A DNA stretch of 63,975 nucleotides, filler included, from Octopus bimaculoides (GCF_001194135.2; 4 parts of 3 records of this genome joined end to end with filler, not necessarily neighbours in it); one strand, 5' to 3'; counted from the first letter of the whole stretch, positions 50,786 through 63,564 are shown. Notes: generated by a model not told the origin, from the letters alone. Program-made: numbers and translations.

Positions 50786-51056
50786 AAAAAAAAAGCAACA
50801 CGGATTTGACATAGCCTTGGCTATGCCAGGATGGTTTGTTTATGTATTCTTCTTTCCCACTTAGATTTTAAATGCTGCCACAAGAGTAATATGTCCATTC
50901 TGCTGAAGTTTTCAGTAAATTTTCTATATCTTTGTGCAGCTGAAGATTGCTCTGCATTTTGCATTTAATGTAGAGCCCGCATTACTTAAATAAATGGAGT
51001 AGCATGAAGCGTGCGTATTGCAATAACCTTTAAAATCCGTGTTGCTTTTTTTTTGA
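50786..51056 (+). mobile_element. Short hammerhead-bearing element, copy 2, with an inverted copy of its 3' end at the 5' junction
   Basis: Starts AAAAAAAGCAACACGGATTT and ends AAATCCGTGTTGCTTTTTTT. Hammerhead-like motif at 50935-51022 has GAAA changed to GAAG. Confidence 0.65.
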
Positions 51057-51134
51057 TTTTTGATCACCTTGTTTTTGGAATTGTTTGGATAATACCACAC
51101 TATATTCTGGAGCCTAAATTTAAGTGCCACATTC

Positions 51135-51250
51135 AGAAAGCTGGCTGAATCATTAGCACGCCGGACAATGTTCGTCGGAGCATTTCTTCCGGGTTTACCT
51201 TCTGATTTCCCATTCCGTCGTGATCACCTTACTCAGTGCTCGGGATAAAT
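51135..51250 (+). mobile_element. Degenerate SINE family A head
   Basis: AGCTGGCTGAATCATTAGCACGCCGGAC...TTCTGATTTCCCATTCCGTCG. Confidence 0.6.
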
Positions 51251-51315
51251 ACAATATTCCATTCAAAAATTATGTGTGTTTTCACATCAATGGCTCGGAT
51301 CTCATCTGGCGTCTC

Positions 51316-51442
51316 AATCAAGCAGCCCAAATGTTGGTATGAGTACTGGCACTGCTAACACATTGTCGGTCACTGTTTTATTGACTGCAGAGAGTTCTGA
51401 GGTCCACATTTTCTTTATTCGGCTGTAATATTCTTTAGTGAC
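51316..51442 (-). mobile_element. R4/Dong-type RT fragment, a third diverged subfamily
   Basis: VTKEYYSRIKKMWTSELSAVNKTVTDNVLAVPVLIPTFGLLD aligns with the KEYYRRVR..LK.ELNA.NK...AVPV block at about 7400 and 21995. Confidence 0.65.
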
Positions 51443-51839
51443 GTATGTATGTATGTATGTATGTATGAAAGAATGAGAGGAGAAAAATCGATCGATCGAA
51501 AAAGAAACAAAATTAATTGGGCCAGGGACACATTTTAGCGGATATTTCACGTTTGTTGTGTTTTGTTTTTCTTTTTCCCCCTTTTCTAAATTATGAGAAA
51601 TTAAACAGCTGACCCCCAGAATAGAAAATTCCGGAGTCGATGGTGAAAACATGAAACAAAAGGTTTATTCATTCCTTTGATCATAGCCCGCTTTTTCTAA
51701 GATGTAATCAGTATCACGGACAACCGGCGAAACGGTAAATGCGGAGTTTGAGTCTCATCTATGAAAGCTATGTTATCTTGTTTTTATTTTTCTCGAATTA
51801 TCACTTAGAATAATCTTCTTTCTTTTACTATCTTTTACT

Positions 51840-52035
51840 TGATTAAGGCATTGCACTGCGGCCATGCTGGGGCACTGCCATGAAGGGTTTTAGTCCATCA
51901 ATTCAACTTCAGTGCATATTTTTAAAGTCTGGTATTCGTTGTATAGAAAAAGAAACTTGACTAAGATGCCACGCAGTAGATTGGAACCCAATGCCACATG
52001 GCTGTAAAGCGTGGTTCTTAATTATACAGCCATGT
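51840..52035 (-). mobile_element. SINE family B head and tail remnants
   Basis: CTGCGGCCATGCTGGGGCACTGCC (tail, reverse) and CTTGACTAAGATGCCACGCAGTAGATTGGAACCC...TACAGCCATG (head, reverse). Confidence 0.6.
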
Positions 52036-52104
52036 TCACGCCGATAAAGAAATATAAAATTTGTTTGGTATTCTCCGTTTCCCGATTCCTCTTCGATATT
52101 TCTC

Positions 52105-52270
52105 TGTCCTTCCATCTAGCTTTAACTTCATCGGGTGCTGCGTCGGTAACGGCGACGAAAGGCTCCGGTTGATCCGATCAACGGAACAACCTGCTGCTGA
52201 AATTAACGAAGAAGTGGTTGAGCAGTCCACAGACAAGCGTACCCTTAACATAGTTCCCTGGGAGAATCTT
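52105..52270 (+). repeat. Fragment of another interspersed repeat (recalled octopus SINE-like family)
   Basis: CAACGGAACAACCTGCTGCTGAAATTAACG...CAGTCCACAGACAAGCGTACCCTTAACATAG. Recognition from memory only. Confidence 0.4.
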
Positions 52271-52613
52271 TTCTAGGCACAAGGCCCAAAATTTGGGGGG
52301 AGGGAGGCCAGGCGGTTAGATCGACCCCAGGACGCGACTGATCCTTAATTTATCCGAAAGGATGAAAGGCAAAGTCGACCTCGGCGGAATTTGAAGGTAA
52401 TGGCCGACGAAATACCGCTAAGGATTTGGTCCGGCATACTAACGTTTCTGCCAGCTCGCCGCCTTAAAAACCCTTTGTATAATCGGCACAACGCCTGAAG
52501 ATATTCGATTACATCGACACCAGTATTCAACTGGTACTTAATTTTATCAACCCCAAAAGAAAGAAAAGTAAAGCCGACCTCGGCGGAATTTGAACTCAGA
52601 ACGTAACGACGAG
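52268..52613 (-). mobile_element. Two tandem CpG-rich SINE family A copies
   Basis: AAAGTCGACCTCGGCGGAATTTGAA...CTGCCAGCTCGCCGCCTT, then AAAGCCGACCTCGGCGGAATTTGAACTCAGAACG into a gap. Confidence 0.88.
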
Positions 52614-53470
52614 NNNNNNNNNNNNNNNNNNNNNNNNNNNNNNNNNNNNNNNNNNNNNNNNNNNNNNNNNNNNNNNNNNNNNNNNNNNNNNNNNNNNNNN
52701 NNNNNNNNNNNNNNNNNNNNNNNNNNNNNNNNNNNNNNNNNNNNNNNNNNNNNNNNNNNNNNNNNNNNNNNNNNNNNNNNNNNNNNNNNNNNNNNNNNNN
52801 NNNNNNNNNNNNNNNNNNNNNNNNNNNNNNNNNNNNNNNNNNNNNNNNNNNNNNNNNNNNNNNNNNNNNNNNNNNNNNNNNNNNNNNNNNNNNNNNNNNN
52901 NNNNNNNNNNNNNNNNNNNNNNNNNNNNNNNNNNNNNNNNNNNNNNNNNNNNNNNNNNNNNNNNNNNNNNNNNNNNNNNNNNNNNNNNNNNNNNNNNNNN
53001 NNNNNNNNNNNNNNNNNNNNNNNNNNNNNNNNNNNNNNNNNNNNNNNNNNNNNNNNNNNNNNNNNNNNNNNNNNNNNNNNNNNNNNNNNNNNNNNNNNNN
53101 NNNNNNNNNNNNNNNNNNNNNNNNNNNNNNNNNNNNNNNNNNNNNNNNNNNNNNNNNNNNNNNNNNNNNNNNNNNNNNNNNNNNNNNNNNNNNNNNNNNN
53201 NNNNNNNNNNNNNNNNNNNNNNNNNNNNNNNNNNNNNNNNNNNNNNNNNNNNNNNNNNNNNNNNNNNNNNNNNNNNNNNNNNNNNNNNNNNNNNNNNNNN
53301 NNNNNNNNNNNNNNNNNNNNNNNNNNNNNNNNNNNNNNNNNNNNNNNNNNNNNNNNNNNNNNNNNNNNNNNNNNNNNNNNNNNNNNNNNNNNNNNNNNNN
53401 NNNNNNNNNNNNNNNNNNNNNTATATATATATACATATATGTATGTATGCGTGCATGCATGTATGTAGGT

Positions 53471-53505
<35 letters not shown>

Positions 53506-53624
53506 TACATACGTTCATGCACGCATACATACATACGTACGTATCTATGTACGTACGTGTGTATGTATGCATGTGTGTATGTGTTATGCATGTATGTATG
53601 TATGTATGCAGCACATATTGAGAA

Positions 53625-53700
53625 AATCTTATGTAATTTCGGACGGAATTTGGTGGACGGAAACTGTGCTGGACTACGTTGAACATACGTGTGTGATATG
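53625..53700 (+). mobile_element. SINE family B internal fragment
   Basis: GAATTTGGTGGACGGAAACTG motif. Confidence 0.5.
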
Positions 53701-54379
53701 TGTGTGTATACGCGTTTGTGTCTATATGTATACATATATACATACATATATATATATATATATATANNNNNNNNNNNNNNNNNNNNNNNNNNNNNNNNNN
53801 NNNNNNNNNNNNNNNNNNNNNNNNNNNNNNNNNNNNNNNNNNNNNNNNNNNNNNNNNNNNNNNNNNNNNNNNNNNNNNNNNNNNNNNNNNNNNNNNNNNN
53901 NNNNNNNNNNNNNNNNNNNNNNNNNNNNNNNNNNNNNNNNNNNNNNNNNNNNNNNNNNNNNNNNNNNNNNNNNNNNNNNNNNNNNNNNNNNNNNNNNNNN
54001 NNNNNNNNNNNNNNNNNNNNNNNNNNNNNNNNNNNNNNNNNNNNNNNNNNNNNNNNNNNNNNNNNNNNNNNNNNNNNNNNNNNNNNNNNNNNNNNNNNNN
54101 NNNNNNNNNNNNNNNNNNNNNNNNNNNNNNNNNNNNNNNNNNNNNNNNNNNNNNNNNNNNNNNNNNNNNNNATACATACATGCATACATATATACATAAA
54201 AATATATGCATACATGATATATGACACACATGCATGTGTGTGTATATATATACATATATATATATGCATATATATACATACAAATTATTCACATATACTT
54301 GCAAATATATGTGTCTCTGTGTATTTATAAGTTTATATATTGATATGTGTGCGCTTTTGTGTATATGACTGAGTGTGTT

Positions 54380-54427
<48 letters not shown>

Positions 54428-54865
54428 CGAGCGAGCGTATGCAAACATACATACATAAAGTTTGAAATATTCAGCTAGATATAATGATGAAAACCAACAC
54501 GTGAAAACATAAAATGCACAAGAAATACAGCAAGAACAAAAAAAAACGAATAAAAACCCCACCATCACAACAACAACAACGAAATCAAGAACGAGTGAAA
54601 AGAACATTCGCTAATGGTAAACGAATAAGTGTAAATAGTTTAGAACACAATGAAATTTTGAAATGCTAACCAGATTCTAGTCGGAACATAAATATTCTTG
54701 TATTTATTTTCGGGTTTTTCGGAGAGCAATTATACGAAGAACGCTAGTTTGTTTTTAGAAATGCTGGAATATAAAAATAAAAATTATCTATATAAAAAAA
54801 ATACATAACAAATGGTAAAGTTAATAGATATCATGTTGTTACTTGTAACAGTGCATGCGCGTATA

Positions 54866-54936
<71 letters not shown>

Positions 54937-54993
54937 GTATGTGTTTGAAAGGAACTGTACATATGCATAAGTGGATGCAAGTATATATGTGTC

Positions 54994-55042
<49 letters not shown>

Positions 55043-55181
55043 ATGAGTCTGTGTATTTTCTGCAAATTTGCGTCACTGAGTATGTGCTTACGTCTTTAAA
55101 TATTTCTACGCGTATATACACACATACAATGTATGTATATATGCATATGCATATACACACATCCATATATGAGCGCACGTG

Positions 55182-55227
<46 letters not shown>

Positions 55228-56292
55228 NNNNNNNNNNNNNNNNNNNNNNNNNNNNNNNNNNNNNNNNNNNNNNNNNNNNNNNNNNNNNNNNNNNNNNNNN
55301 NNNNNNNNNNNNNNNNNNNNNNNNNNNNNNNNNNNNNNNNNNNNNNNNNNNNNNNNNNNNNNNNNNNNNNNNNNNNNNNNNNNNNNNNNNNNNNNNNNNN
55401 NNNNNNNNNNNNNNNNNGTGTATATAAATCACGACTAGTACGAACATAGAAATATTGCTCCCAGAATTTTTCAAATTGGAAAGCCAATGTGTTACTTGGA
55501 TTTATTTATCTTATTCATTGTTGTTCTTCTTCTTACTGCCGCTACTACTACTTCTACTACTACGACTACTACTAATGAATTCTTTACTGTCATTCTTTTA
55601 TTCATCTATTTTTTGTTTTCTTGTAAATTTTATTCATTCCTTCATTTCTCCTGTTCTGCAAATTTTTGTTTTGCATGTGTTCTGCCGGGTGTTTTGTTAA
55701 AGCAACGAATTAGGGTTGGTAGGGGAGATAAGTCAATATAATGAGTTGTTATCGTACGATGGGTTTTTTTTACTCATTTGCGGATCGGTACATTGCAGTG
55801 CATTCGCCATTGTCACGTTTTAATTAACTAAAATAATGAGCAAGCGTTTCTGTGCCTAAGTTTGCAAATACATTTAAACGCGTACGTTTAATAGATTTAC
55901 ACTTCAACATCGTTGTGTATGCAAAGCATGTAATGAACAATACACAAGTTGTTTTTTCTTCTGCAGGCTGGTGTGAAAGGGACAGACTGGAAGGATATGC
56001 CAGCTCGTCAGCAGCATTGAACTCATGAGATTCGCAAAAAGACACTGTTGCAAAGACTAAGGCATTGATCCTCTCAAAAAAGATTTCCCTATGCCTTTTG
56101 CATGTTAGTGAAACATCACTGAGGTGAAAAGAAAAGTTTAAGTACCCAGGGTCGTATTCCCTGAGTTGAATATAGAAGTTGAAGTAAGTCAGAGTCGTAT
56201 TTACCAATGATGGAAGTCAGGAATCTGAATTAGATGTTTGCAAGTGTTGGCCTTCTAATGCTCCACCCCCAGCATTCGATCTTCAATTTGAA

Positions 56293-56637
56293 TTTCGTGC
56301 CTATCCTCATATCGGAGACCCCCTTCGGTCACGAATGACCATGGGATTGCACCTAGAATGTTAGCCTCCGAGGCAGAAGTCCGAGTAAGGTTCTTTACGG
56401 AAGAACAGAAGTCGCCCATGTTTTCCAGCCTCTCCTCGCCACACCACCGATGTCATCCAAGGGAAAGGCAAAGGGGCCGATGCAGCTTGGCACCAGTGAT
56501 GTCACAACTCATTTCTACAGCTGAGTAAACTGGAGCAACGTGAAATAAAGTGTCTTGCTCAAGAACACAGCATGCAGCCCGGACAACCTCACGGTCGTAA
56601 GTTCGCCGCTCTAACCACTGAGACATGCGCCTTCACC
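56293..56637 (-). mobile_element. SINE family C
   Basis: CAGCTGAGTAAACTGGAGCAACGTGAAATAAAGTGTCTTGCTCAAGAACAC...CTCTAACCACTGAGACATGCGCCTTCAC. Confidence 0.78.
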
Positions 56638-56689
56638 CTATCCCCATATATAGCCATAAATATTGGGTAATGACCGAAAGCGTCCGATC

Positions 56690-56890
56690 GCCATTATAAA
56701 CGGCGAAAATAGCGTTCCCGGAGATCAGGAAATCTTTTCCAAGGGAGATGCTATTTTTCTGCATTGGACTACCACAGCTCCGGTACAACGGATATATGAT
56801 TAGAATGTCATTGGAAAGAATTACGAGACGGTTTCTTCAAGCCGAGCCAACGTGCAGGAGGCCGAAAAGTAGACTAAAAACAAAATGATT
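56690..56890 (+). mobile_element. RTE-like LINE 3' fragment
   Basis: PQLRYNGYMIRMSLERITRRFLQAEPTCRRPKSRLKTK resembles QLR..GH..RM...R......RP.GRP..RW. Confidence 0.58.
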
Positions 56891-57678
56891 TGTTTAATTC
56901 CATGGACTCAGCTGTAATTAAATTTTATCGTTAAAGATGAAAATATACATATTTACTTCATATTGATTTGTTTACGTCACTTCTGGAAATCCAAGAGGAA
57001 AATGTAATTACAGGATACTTTTGAGAGGACTCTTAGATGGATGCTTGAGGTCTCTTTTACATTATTTTTCTGAAGAATAATGAGAGGAGAAATGGAATGG
57101 ATGAACAGAAGGTTATAAAAGTTAATAATTACACCTCAATACGACAAAATATAAATTTTCGTACAGTCTATCATCGTATTCAATTAATATATCAAATAGC
57201 ACTAAATTCATTTTATACTATAATGTTTTGAATAATATTGCCGAAATAACAATTGTTAAATTATGCACATCATACGATATGTTCCATTGTATCGTGAAAA
57301 CCACTTAATGGGATCGATTCGAGGCAAAGTTTGCAAAATAAATTAATGGTTGATAACATTAAGCATACCAAATTCGGGAGCGATAACAATAAACTTTTAA
57401 TAGAAATACCCGGTATTATATATTATAAGCGGCTTCTAATGTGTGTATGAGTGTGTATATATATGAGTGAGTGTGTGTGTGTGTATACATATATACACAC
57501 ACATTTGAATATGAATGTGTGTCTCAATTTCCAGATGTATGTGAATATATGCATTTATATATATACATATATATGTACGTGTGTGTATATAGATACATAC
57601 TTACATACATGGACGTATATACGTTTGCATGTGAATATAAATACATGCACACTAAAATAGTTACACCTGTATGTATGC

Positions 57679-57709
<31 letters not shown>

Positions 57710-58488
57710 CGCATACATACAGATGTAACTTTATATATATATATACGTGTGTGTGTGTGTGTGTGTGTACATGCGCAGCATATCGTAACTCCAGCGTGTA
57801 TATATTACAAGCGCATAACTTTTTAACAGAAGCACCAACACACACACTTACACATACACGTTTACACACACTCATTCACATATACAACACTCACACATAT
57901 ACACCCATATATACACACAGATATGCACACACTACAAAGAGCAATTCTAAAGTGTTTCTTCCAAACCAAACTCTAATTTCCGTTTTTCCTGGTTTTTCTT
58001 TCTATTTATTTTTATTTTTATTTTTAATTTATTTTTCTGTAAGTTTTTTTAACATCACTTGTTTATTTTTTTTTTGCTTGTCTCTTTTTTTTTCACATTT
58101 TAAACATGTTTTTATTTGTTTTATTTATCGTTTTGGTTTTTTTCTTACAATCTTGTTTTTCTTTCTTGTTTTTTAAAAGTATTTTTCACATTTGACTTTT
58201 TTGTTGCTTTCGATTCTCTTTACTGATTTTTTTGGCATTTATTTTCTTATGTTGTTTTTATTTTGTTTCTCTGTTTATCTTATTGCTGTTTTTTCTTCTT
58301 TTTCTCTACTTTTCATTAATTATTTTTGCATTCATTTTATTTTTATTTATGTATATATTTAATGCTTATTTTTTACTATTTTCTATATATTATATATTTA
58401 GTATTTTCATGTATTTTATTGTTTATATATATATATATTCATTTCAAATTAACGTGTTTTGTTTTTCGCTTAAATTCTTAGTTTTGTT

Positions 58489-58550
<62 letters not shown>

Positions 58551-59171
58551 GTCGTTGTTGTTTTTTGTGTTGTTGTTCCATGAATTCTTTCCTGTAGTTT
58601 CTGTCTTTGATAAATCTCCAGAAACACTTCTCACTTCTAACTTCCTTATCAAATATGGCGAAAAGAACACTTTTTCTTTGGATTCTTCCAGAAATATCCG
58701 GAAAGAACAACTTAAAAAGGCTTCACAGTTTTTGAAGAACGATCGCGCCATTGCTGGAATGCGAAGAGGCAGCGAGGGGAGAGGCGACATTTTACTATTT
58801 ATTTTTTACAGTTATGCTCGTTTGTTTTATGGTTCTTTAACGTAATGCTTGTTGCTGTTAGAGTTGCAGCTGATGTTGTTGTTGTTGTAGTTGCTGCTGG
58901 TGTGGTTTCTGAGTATCTCACTAGAATTTCTCTGTTCTTTTAGCAAAGAATCTATCTGATCCACAGATAAAAATGGTTTTATCGGAAGGCGTCTGCAAAT
59001 GTTTGGGTTTATGTTTATATTTGTACGTGAAGTTCTTTATGTTTATATATGCGTGTGTGTATGTGTGTGCGTGTATGTGTGCGTGTATGTGGGCGTATAT
59101 GTGTGTATGTATAAGCACATATATATATACATACATGCATGTATATATATATATGTATATATATATGTATG

Positions 59172-59205
<34 letters not shown>

Positions 59206-59311
59206 TATATANNNNNNNNNNNNNNNNNNNNNNNNNNNNNNNNNNNNNNNNNNNNTTAATTAATTAANNNNNNNNNNNNNNNNNNNNNNNNNNNNNNNNN
59301 NNNNNNNNNNN

Positions 59312-59347
<36 letters not shown>

Positions 59348-59356
59348 AAATACACA

Positions 59357-59477
59357 TTGAGTACAGGACATTACCAGTGAGTGAAAAATACATAAACACA
59401 CAAGAGATGAGTACAGGACGTACTTATCTCTCAAGTGTTTACATATTTTTTGCTCACTGATGATGTCCTGTACTTAA
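59357..59477. repeat. 121-bp near-perfect palindrome (foldback MITE-like)
   Basis: Outer arms of about 43 bp (TTGAGTACAGGACATTACCAGTGAGTG... / ...GCTCACTGATGATGTCCTGTACTTAA) plus an inner GAGATGAGTAC/GTACTTATCTC stem. Confidence 0.8.
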
Positions 59478-60082
59478 TCCGTATTTTTAATTATCTATAA
59501 TTGAACGCCCCGCAGCCTTTGTCAACAGTAAGTTTTTACACACAAACACACACACATTTATCTTTATATATATATATCTCACATACACACACATACATAT
59601 GTATACTGAATATAACACGACTATTCATATGCAGGCTACCACTGGTACCATAAAAGGAGTAAACCTATAGAGGACCTATGGCTACCTTTAATACATCATG
59701 TCCGGGGGTTTTCATTATTCAGCCAGAGTTGATGAAATGTAAGATTAATTACAGTCCCTACCTAGGCTCTACTTCCGACCAGAGGTAACATACATAAGTA
59801 AGTGTGTGTTCCACTCAGTATAAAGTGGATATGTAAACAGAGACCTCTCAGTGCTGGCTGATGTATATACCACATATTGGTACACACATACATTCATGTG
59901 TCTGCATAGTTGAAGATTAACAATTAAACCAGTCAACAAGGGCTTACAGTCAAAAGTGATTTGTTATTTTGCTGGCTTGCCATTTCGTTGACTGTGTTGT
60001 TTTGTCACATAGCTGTAAAACATACACGTATAACTGCTAACAACAAATAACCACCATATATTTACATTCATACATTTCATAC

Positions 60083-60137
<55 letters not shown>

Positions 60138-60154
60138 AATACATGTAATGTATA

Positions 60155-60193
<39 letters not shown>

Positions 60194-60415
60194 AATACAT
60201 GTAATGTATACGATATATATANNNNNNNNNNNNNNNNNNNNNNNNNNNNNNNNNNNNNNNNNNNNNNNNNNNNNNNNNNNNNNNNNNNNNNNNNNNNNNN
60301 NNNNNNNNNNNNNNNNNNNNNNNNNNNNNNNNNNNNNNNNNNNNNNNNNNNNNNNNNNNNNNNNNNNNNNNNNNNNNNNNNNNNNNNNNNNNNNNNNNNN
60401 NNNNNNNNNNNNNNN

Positions 60416-60449
<34 letters not shown>

Positions 60450-60607
60450 TGTATGTATGTATGTATGTATGTATGTATGTATGTATGTATACACACAAGT
60501 GTATATATTTGAGTGCATGCACACACAGACACTCAGACATTCATTCTCTTTCCCCTGGCCACAGACATGTGTATGTTTGTGTGTATGTATGCATGTATAT
60601 ATATATC

Positions 60608-60662
<55 letters not shown>

Positions 60663-60989
60663 ATATACATATATATGGGGTGGTGTATGTGCATATATGT
60701 ATGTATGTATGCATGCGTATGTGTGTGAATACACACACACACACACACACACACAGATATTAGTCTGATCATCAATTCCTCCATATTCCCTCCAACTACA
60801 GATCAACAACAATTCAAAACAAATCTGAACTACATTAACCTCACTCAATCACTTCTAACCCCTGCCCTTCTCTCCCCCACCTCTCTCTCTCTCTCTCTCT
60901 CAAACCCCACATCCCCAGCCCCAGCCCCATCCACCACCCAGTCTAGCAACATTTCTCATGGCTATGGGCGCTTCTCAATCTCTTACTCG

Positions 60990-61283
60990 GATTAACTATT
61001 ACAACAACTATATCAATTTGACTTCTATTCTTCTTCCTCTTCTCAATATTATCATTATTATTATTATGATCATTATTATTATTGCTATTATTCTCCTCAC
61101 TCTTATTATTATTATTATTATTACAAATGCTATCATCATCATAACTATAAGTAGTAGTATTATTTCCATCATCATCATCGTCATCATCAACATCACTATC
61201 ATTTTATCATCATCACCAACATCATTACTATAACATCTTTATTATTGCTGTTATCATTATCATAACTATTAATATCATTCTTA

Positions 61284-61317
<34 letters not shown>

Positions 61318-61507
61318 TACTACTACTAATACTATTATCATTATTGGTCTCATTATCATTATTGCTACTATTATTAGTATCATTACTATTATTATCATTA
61401 TCAATGTTACTATTATTATTATCATCATTACTACTACTACTATTACTACTACTATCATTGTCATCATCATCATCATCATTATTTAATACTTCTATTATTA
61501 TTATCAC

Positions 61508-61543
<36 letters not shown>

Positions 61544-61716
61544 CATTATTATTATTATCATTATTATTATCACCATTATTATTATTATTATTATTATTAT
61601 TATCATCATCATTATTATTATTATCATTATTATTATTATTATTATTATTATCATTACTACTACAACTATCATTGCCATCATCATTATTATTTAATACTTC
61701 TATTATTATTATCACC

Positions 61717-61747
<31 letters not shown>

Positions 61748-61882
61748 CATTATTATTACAATCATTATTATCATCATTACTACTACAACTATCGTTGTCA
61801 TCATCATTATTATTATTATTATTTAATACTTCTATCATTATTATCATTATTATCATTATTATTATTATTATTATTATTATTT
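60990..61882. repeat. Complex ATT/ATC/ACT trinucleotide array with higher-order units
   Basis: Anchor ATTTAATACTTCTAT recurs at 61481, 61689 and 61821. Confidence 0.9.
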
Positions 61883-62250
61883 ACTGTCAGAAATGCTACA
61901 ATAGTACTCCACTAAATTGCCCATTCATTGCAAGTTCTCAAACTCAACTCCATGCAAAGTTCTTTTTTTTTCCCTTTCTTTCTTTATAATTTCAATTTTC
62001 CTTTCATCCCTCAGGGATCAACAAATGAAGCAGCAACCACAATATATCACCCCCACCCCCACATACCACCCCACACACTCTCCTACCTTGTATCAATAGC
62101 AAACCACCCTTGTAAGTTTAATGCCTTGCACTGGAAATTGCATTCTACACATGTGGTGGCAGAGGTGTGGTGGGGGATGTTTGATAAAATAAGGACCAGT
62201 TAAGTACTGGAGGGTGGAGTGGGGCAAGACTTGCTGTATATTAATAACTC

Positions 62251-62302
<52 letters not shown>

Positions 62303-62349
62303 GTTGTTGTTGTTATTTTGTTAAGAGTGCAGAATGGCAGACACCCAAT

Positions 62350-62416
62350 GGAAGAAGAAGAAGAAGAAGAAGAAGAAGAAGAAGAAGAAGAAGAAGAAGA
62401 AGAAGAAGAAGAAGAA
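62350..62416. repeat. (GAA)n microsatellite
   Basis: Seen directly. Confidence 0.97.
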
Positions 62417-62739
62417 GGTAAGTCATGAAAGAAAAGATGATGATGATGATGATGGAAGAAGGTGACAAAGAAAGTAAAGAGGAAAAAGAAGATGAAAAAG
62501 AAAAAAATGAACAACAATATTAATGGTAGCAGCAAATTCTTCTGTCCATAAAAAGGCGATTCTCTTCTCCCACCTTGTTTGTTTTTTTCTTACCAGAAAA
62601 GGTTTGGGAATATTTAAAACCTCTACCCAATTTACCCAGCACAGAAATAATAGTTGTGTGTGTGTGTGTGTCACATGATCACATGACCGACCAGACTATC
62701 AGATGTAGTTACACATCACTGGTCACAATGCACTTTTGC

Positions 62740-62940
62740 ATTGTTTTAGCCTTCAAATGATGCCACCCTGCTGGCTAGGTGAGCAGGCCAACATTCTCCC
62801 CCGATCGAAAGTGGGGACTGGAGCAACGTGAAATGAAGTATATTGCTTAAGAACACTACGCACTGCCTACTCAGGGAATCGAACCCATGATCTAGCAATC
62901 ATGGGTGCAACAGCCTAACCACTAAGCCATGTACCTTCAC
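62740..62940 (-). mobile_element. SINE family C
   Basis: ACTGGAGCAACGTGAAATGAAGTATATTGCTTAAGAACAC...GGGAATCGAACCC...CCTAACCACTAAGCCATGTACCTTCAC. Confidence 0.78.
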
Positions 62941-62964
62941 AAACACACACACACACACACACAC

Positions 62965-63118
62965 ACACCTATTCTTTTATTCTTTTATCATTTCACTGTG
63001 GCCATGCTGGAGCACTACCTGTCGACCGCGGTGGCATTTGAACTCAGAACGTAAAGACAGATGAAATGCCACCAAGCATTTTGCCCAGCATGCTAACGAC
63101 TCTGCCAGCTTGCCACCT

Positions 63119-63120
<2 letters not shown>
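62965..63120 (-). mobile_element. SINE family B tail fused to a SINE family A head
   Basis: TCATTTCACTGTGGCCATGCTGGAGCACTACC, then GTCGACCGCGGTGGCATTTGAACTCAGAACG...CTGCCAGCTTGCCACCTT before (GAT)n. Confidence 0.72.
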
Positions 63121-63152
<32 letters not shown>

Positions 63153-63529
63153 ATTTTCATTTCCTTTTTATAATCATAATGATATCTGACATAAAAGGGC
63201 AGTCAATTACCTCGACCTTGCACTTGTCTGGTTCTTTATTTCAACAACTCTGTAAAACATCCTAACTCAATACTACATTCTGAACATCCCCTTCACTGAT
63301 TTCTTTAAATAATAATAATAATAATAATGATAATAATGGTAATAATAATCATAGAAAAACACAAAATTGTGGAAGACTAAGGAAAAAAAAAACGGAAACA
63401 AAAGCACAATAATTCCCAACACCAAAATTATGAATACACAAAAATAAACCAAGAGACCAGACATTTTTCATGTTTATTTATACTTGATTTGAGATCAAAA
63501 TAATAATAATAATAAAAATAATAATAATA

Positions 63530-63564
<35 letters not shown>

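Noticed and set aside
60085-60221. Direct duplication of ACACACAAATACATGTAATGTATACGATATA next to a gap
   Set aside because: Contig-end duplications beside microsatellite gaps are commonly assembly artefacts.
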